NCBI GenBank assembly: GCA_036139835.1
Contig: JAYZYW010000042.1
Span: 1-58,365, forward strand
Length of the DNA: 58,365 bases
From: Bacteroidota bacterium
GTDB taxonomy: Bacteria; Bacteroidota; Bacteroidia; Flavobacteriales; BACL11
Direction: 5' to 3'
The translations under genes were made by a program, and so were the position numbers. Positions 55,019-58,365 of the stretch are shown piece by piece (position 1 is the first letter of the stretch; every line of letters begins with the position of its first letter). The notes beneath the pieces were generated by a model that saw only the letters and a program-made list of their open reading frames with translations, did no database searches and was not told where the DNA came from.

Positions 55019-56329
55019 TTATCCTCCAAAATCATCAAAACGAACATTCTCATCAGGGATACCCCAATCATCAGCCATTTTAAGTACAGCCTGATTCATT
55101 AGTGGAGGCCCGCAAAAATATAATTCAATATCTTCTGGCGCATCATGTTTAGATAAAAACCGATCAATAACAACTTGGTGTACAAATCCAGTAAACCCAT
55201 CACCATCAGGGTCATCTAAATCTTTTTTTTCTATCCAATTATCTTGTGGTAATGCATCAGATAAAACTAGATAAAACTTAAAGTTTGGAAAATTTTTTTC
55301 TAAATCTCTAAAATAATGGATATAAAAGAGTTCTGCTCTTGATCTACCTCCATACCAAAAAGTTACTTTTCTTCCAGTTTTTAGTGTTTTAAATAACTCA
55401 TATAAATGAGAACGCATAGGGGCCATACCTGCCCCCCCTCCGATATAAAGCATCTCAGCAGCTGAATCATTAATAAAAAACTCCCCATAAGGTCCTGAAA
55501 TGGTTACTTTATCTCCAGGTTTACGTCCAAATATATATGAGGAAGCTATACCAGGATTAATATCCATCCAAACATTCTTATCTCTATCAAAAGGAGGTTC
55601 AGCTACTCTTACATTAAGCATAAGCTTTTTCCCCTCAGCAGGATAAGAAGCCATAGAATATGCGCGTATTATCTCATCATCATTTTTCATAACTAAATGC
55701 CTTATAGCTCGAGAACCTTCAGCCCAATCCTTTTCAAATTTATCTGGTTCTCCAGGATGATCTGTAGGATGAGCTTTAATATCCATAGCAGAGAAAGGAA
55801 CCTCACATTCAGGTATCTTAATTTGTATATACCCCCCTGCCCTATATTCCATATTCTCTGGGACTTCAATAATAAATTCTTTAATATAAGTAGATACATT
55901 ATAATTAGATACTACAGTTGCTTCCCATTCTTTAACACCAAAAACTTCTGCAGGAATAGTAATTTCCATATCTTCTTTGACCTTTACCTGACAGCCTAAA
56001 CGCCAATTTTCAGCAATTTTCTTTCTAGAAAAATGAGGTTCCTCAGTAGGTAATATCCCTCCACCACCACTATTTACCTGACAAGTACACTGAACACAAG
56101 TTCCGCCACCACCACAAGCCGATGGTAAAAAAATACCTTCATTAGATAAAGTAGAAAGTAAAGTACCTCCACCATCTACACTAAGTTCTTTTTCTCCATT
56201 AATCTTAATTGTAATTTTTCCAGAAGGAGATAGTTTCGCTTTTACAAAAAGCAAAATACTCACCAGTGGAAGCATAACTAATAGAAAAACTACTATACTG
56301 CTTATTATTGTTATACTTATTATTATCAT
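55019..56329 (-). CDS. nqrF: Na+-translocating NADH:quinone reductase subunit F
   Basis: 436 aa. N-terminal TM helix, 2Fe-2S ferredoxin motif CGGGGTCVQC, FAD motif RAYSMAS, and NADH-domain GGGAGMAP. Confidence 0.95.
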   Translation of the reverse strand: MIIISITIISSIVVFLLVMLPLVSILLFVKAKLSPSGKITIKINGEKELSVDGGGTLLSTLSNEGIFLPSACGGGGTCVQCTCQVNSGGGGILPTEEPHFSRKKIAENWRLGCQVKVKEDMEITIPAEVFGVKEWEATVVSNYNVSTYIKEFIIEVPENMEYRAGGYIQIKIPECEVPFSAMDIKAHPTDHPGEPDKFEKDWAEGSRAIRHLVMKNDDEIIRAYSMASYPAEGKKLMLNVRVAEPPFDRDKNVWMDINPGIASSYIFGRKPGDKVTISGPYGEFFINDSAAEMLYIGGGAGMAPMRSHLYELFKTLKTGRKVTFWYGGRSRAELFYIHYFRDLEKNFPNFKFYLVLSDALPQDNWIEKKDLDDPDGDGFTGFVHQVVIDRFLSKHDAPEDIELYFCGPPLMNQAVLKMADDWGIPDENVRFDDFGG

Positions 56330-56351
56330 GATTTTATCTCTTCTTTTTTAT

Positions 56352-56969
56352 TTACAATTTTATTCCCATAAAACTCATAAATGCAATCCCCATTAGTCCT
56401 GTAATAATATAGGTAATACCCAAACCCCTAAGTGCTGGTGGCACATTAGAATATCTTATTTTTTCTCTGATTGATCCTAATGCAACAACAGCTAAGAACC
56501 AACCAATACCAGAGCCTAACCCAAACACAGTAGCTTCAGTAATATTTGTATAATCATTTTCTTGCATGAAAAGTGAACCTCCTAAAATGGCACAGTTAAC
56601 AGCAATTAGTGGTAAAAATATACCTAAAGAACTATAAAGTGCAGGAGAAAATTTCTCAATTACCATTTCAACTAATTGCACCATTGCCGCAATAATAGCT
56701 ATAAACATAATAAAAGATAGAAATGATAAATCAACACTTAAAAATTTCTCACTCAACCAAACTAAAGCGCCTTCTTTAAGGACGTAATTTTCCAGTAAAT
56801 AGTTCAAAGGAACAGTAATTCCTAAAACAAAAATTACTGCAGTTCCCAAGCCAATAGAGGTTTTTACCGTTTTAGAAACCATCAAATAGGAACACATTCC
56901 TAAAAAATAGGCAAATACCATATTGTCAATAAAAATTGACTTGATAAATATATTAGCTAAATCTTGCAT
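56352..56969 (-). CDS. nqrE: Na+-translocating NADH:quinone reductase subunit E
   Basis: 205 aa polytopic protein. GMCSYL and VNCAILGG motifs. Confidence 0.95.
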   Translation of the reverse strand: MQDLANIFIKSIFIDNMVFAYFLGMCSYLMVSKTVKTSIGLGTAVIFVLGITVPLNYLLENYVLKEGALVWLSEKFLSVDLSFLSFIMFIAIIAAMVQLVEMVIEKFSPALYSSLGIFLPLIAVNCAILGGSLFMQENDYTNITEATVFGLGSGIGWFLAVVALGSIREKIRYSNVPPALRGLGITYIITGLMGIAFMSFMGIKL

Positions 56970-56970
56970 A

Positions 56971-57615
56971 TTATTTAGATTCTATTAATTTGTCGTTTTT
57001 CATGCGTTGAATCCAGATAATAATTCCTACTGTAATAAGTGCCATTGGTGGCAAAATCATCATCCCATTATTTTCATACCCAATTTCATACAATCCAATT
57101 TTTTCTAACACAGGGTAGCCGTACAAAGTTCCTGATCCTAATAATTCACGAAAAAAAGCAACTACAATTAATATCCATGCATAACCAAATGAACTACCTA
57201 TTCCATCTAGAAATGATTCCCAAGGACCATTTGCCATTCCAAAAGCTTCTAATCTGCCCATTATTATACAATTAGTAATAATCAATCCTACAAAAACAGA
57301 GAGTTCTTTACTTACATCATATACAAAAGCTTTTAATACTTGATCTACCAAAATAACCAAAGTTGCAATCACAATAAGCTGTACTATAATCCTGATTCTA
57401 TTTGGAATCAAATTTCGCATTAAGGAAATCAGCACATTTGCCACAGATAATACCACCACTACTGATATTGCCATTACAATTGCTGGTTTTAACTGAACTG
57501 TAATTGCTAATGCGGAACAAATACCTAAAGCTTGAACAGTAATAGGATTATTATCATTAAGTGGATCACTTAATAATTTAATATTCTTTTTAGATAATAA
57601 GGAATCTTTACTCAT
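56971..57615 (-). CDS. nqrD: Na+-translocating NADH:quinone reductase subunit D
   Basis: 214 aa polytopic protein. ALGICSALA and ITNCIIMGR motifs. Confidence 0.95.
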   Translation of the reverse strand: MSKDSLLSKKNIKLLSDPLNDNNPITVQALGICSALAITVQLKPAIVMAISVVVVLSVANVLISLMRNLIPNRIRIIVQLIVIATLVILVDQVLKAFVYDVSKELSVFVGLIITNCIIMGRLEAFGMANGPWESFLDGIGSSFGYAWILIVVAFFRELLGSGTLYGYPVLEKIGLYEIGYENNGMMILPPMALITVGIIIWIQRMKNDKLIESK

Positions 57616-57619
57616 ACTC

Positions 57620-58365
57620 TTATTCTATTATTGAATCGTTAATAATTGCTAATGAATCTATTTGAGTTATTGCTCTCTCAACTTCAATAGCCTCTTTTAT
57701 TTTATTCAAATAGGGTAAATACATATTTAGCCTTTCATAAAGCATATCGGATACCCCATTAGAAGTAATTGTTCCTCCTGAAATTCCATCTACTGCATGC
57801 ATATCTCCTTCTTTAGCACCTCCTTTTATAACTTGAATTGGAATAAACTCTTCTCCTTCAAAAATTGTTTTACCAGTAAATGGTTTTTGAAACATTGGTG
57901 TATTAATTTCAGCCCCCAGTCCTGGAGTTTCCTTTTCATGATCAAATACAGCACCATAAACTTTATTCAAATCATCTTCCAATGCAATAAAACCCCATAT
58001 CGGCCCCCAAAGCCCCTTTCCTCTTAATGGGATTATATATCGTATTGCTCCTTCTACCTCACTAATGAATAAAGGAAGTAATTGTGCATCTGCATCTTTT
58101 TTAATCTCTTTACCTAAATCAATATCAAAAGCAGAACCATCAACTTGTTCTCCTTTATTATTCAGTACAATTTCATTTTTAATATATGTTAAATATTTAG
58201 CATCTGCATTATCTCTATCTACAATAATACCCACTGAACTTAATATATTTTGTTTTTTTTCTAATTCTGTATTTATATCCTGCAATGGTTTAAGCTGAAT
58301 ATAAGCAACCGATAATAATGCAGCTACTATTATTACCATAATAATTGCAAAACCAAAAGTAAAAG
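57620..58365 (-). CDS. nqrC: Na+-translocating NADH:quinone reductase subunit C (5' end outside the window)
   Basis: FMN-binding domain with the flavinylation-site context GISGGTITS. The reading frame stays open upstream of the listed Met to the window edge (...FTFGFAIIMVII), which fits the N-terminal TM helix continuing beyond 58365. Confidence 0.9.
   Translation of the reverse strand, partial: FTFGFAIIMVIIVAALLSVAYIQLKPLQDINTELEKKQNILSSVGIIVDRDNADAKYLTYIKNEIVLNNKGEQVDGSAFDIDLGKEIKKDADAQLLPLFISEVEGAIRYIIPLRGKGLWGPIWGFIALEDDLNKVYGAVFDHEKETPGLGAEINTPMFQKPFTGKTIFEGEEFIPIQVIKGGAKEGDMHAVDGISGGTITSNGVSDMLYERLNMYLPYLNKIKEAIEVERAITQIDSLAIINDSIIE

Overview
This is an AT-rich, almost fully coding chromosomal window that looks like Bacteroidota, probably Flavobacteriia-like. 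The supporting signs are TAnnTTTG -7 promoter boxes, several C-terminal T9SS sorting domains, bshC, the Na+-NQR genes, and the folP-cdaA / DUF1599-DoxX synteny. Most of it is housekeeping: tgt, an lptF/G-type permease, ettA, mpl, plsY, clpS, prmA, tpiA, folP, cdaA, argS, ftsK, lolA-like, guaA, bshC, mnmA, recG, cdd, mazG, apbE and nqrCDEF. There are three RNA genes. RNase P RNA (minus strand, left edge) and SRP RNA (38276-38372) are each hidden under a spurious track ORF, and tRNA-Arg(ACG) is the third. I saw no CRISPR array, integrase, transposase or prophage signal. The one clearly accessory block is a tightly packed minus-strand operon at about 40994-50771. It encodes two CotH-kinase/lamin-tail/T9SS proteins, a secreted beta-propeller, an arylsulfotransferase-like T9SS protein, a small lipoprotein, a cytoplasmic VTC-type (triphosphate-tunnel, polyphosphate-polymerase-like) protein, a polytopic DUF4956-like membrane protein and a DUF2490-like signal-peptide protein. 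The predicted locations cover every envelope compartment. To my knowledge this combination has no characterised function, so it is my best candidate for an undescribed system. All family calls come from reading motifs by eye, and no searches were run. The ORF track uses TTG as well as ATG starts, so several starts were re-assigned.
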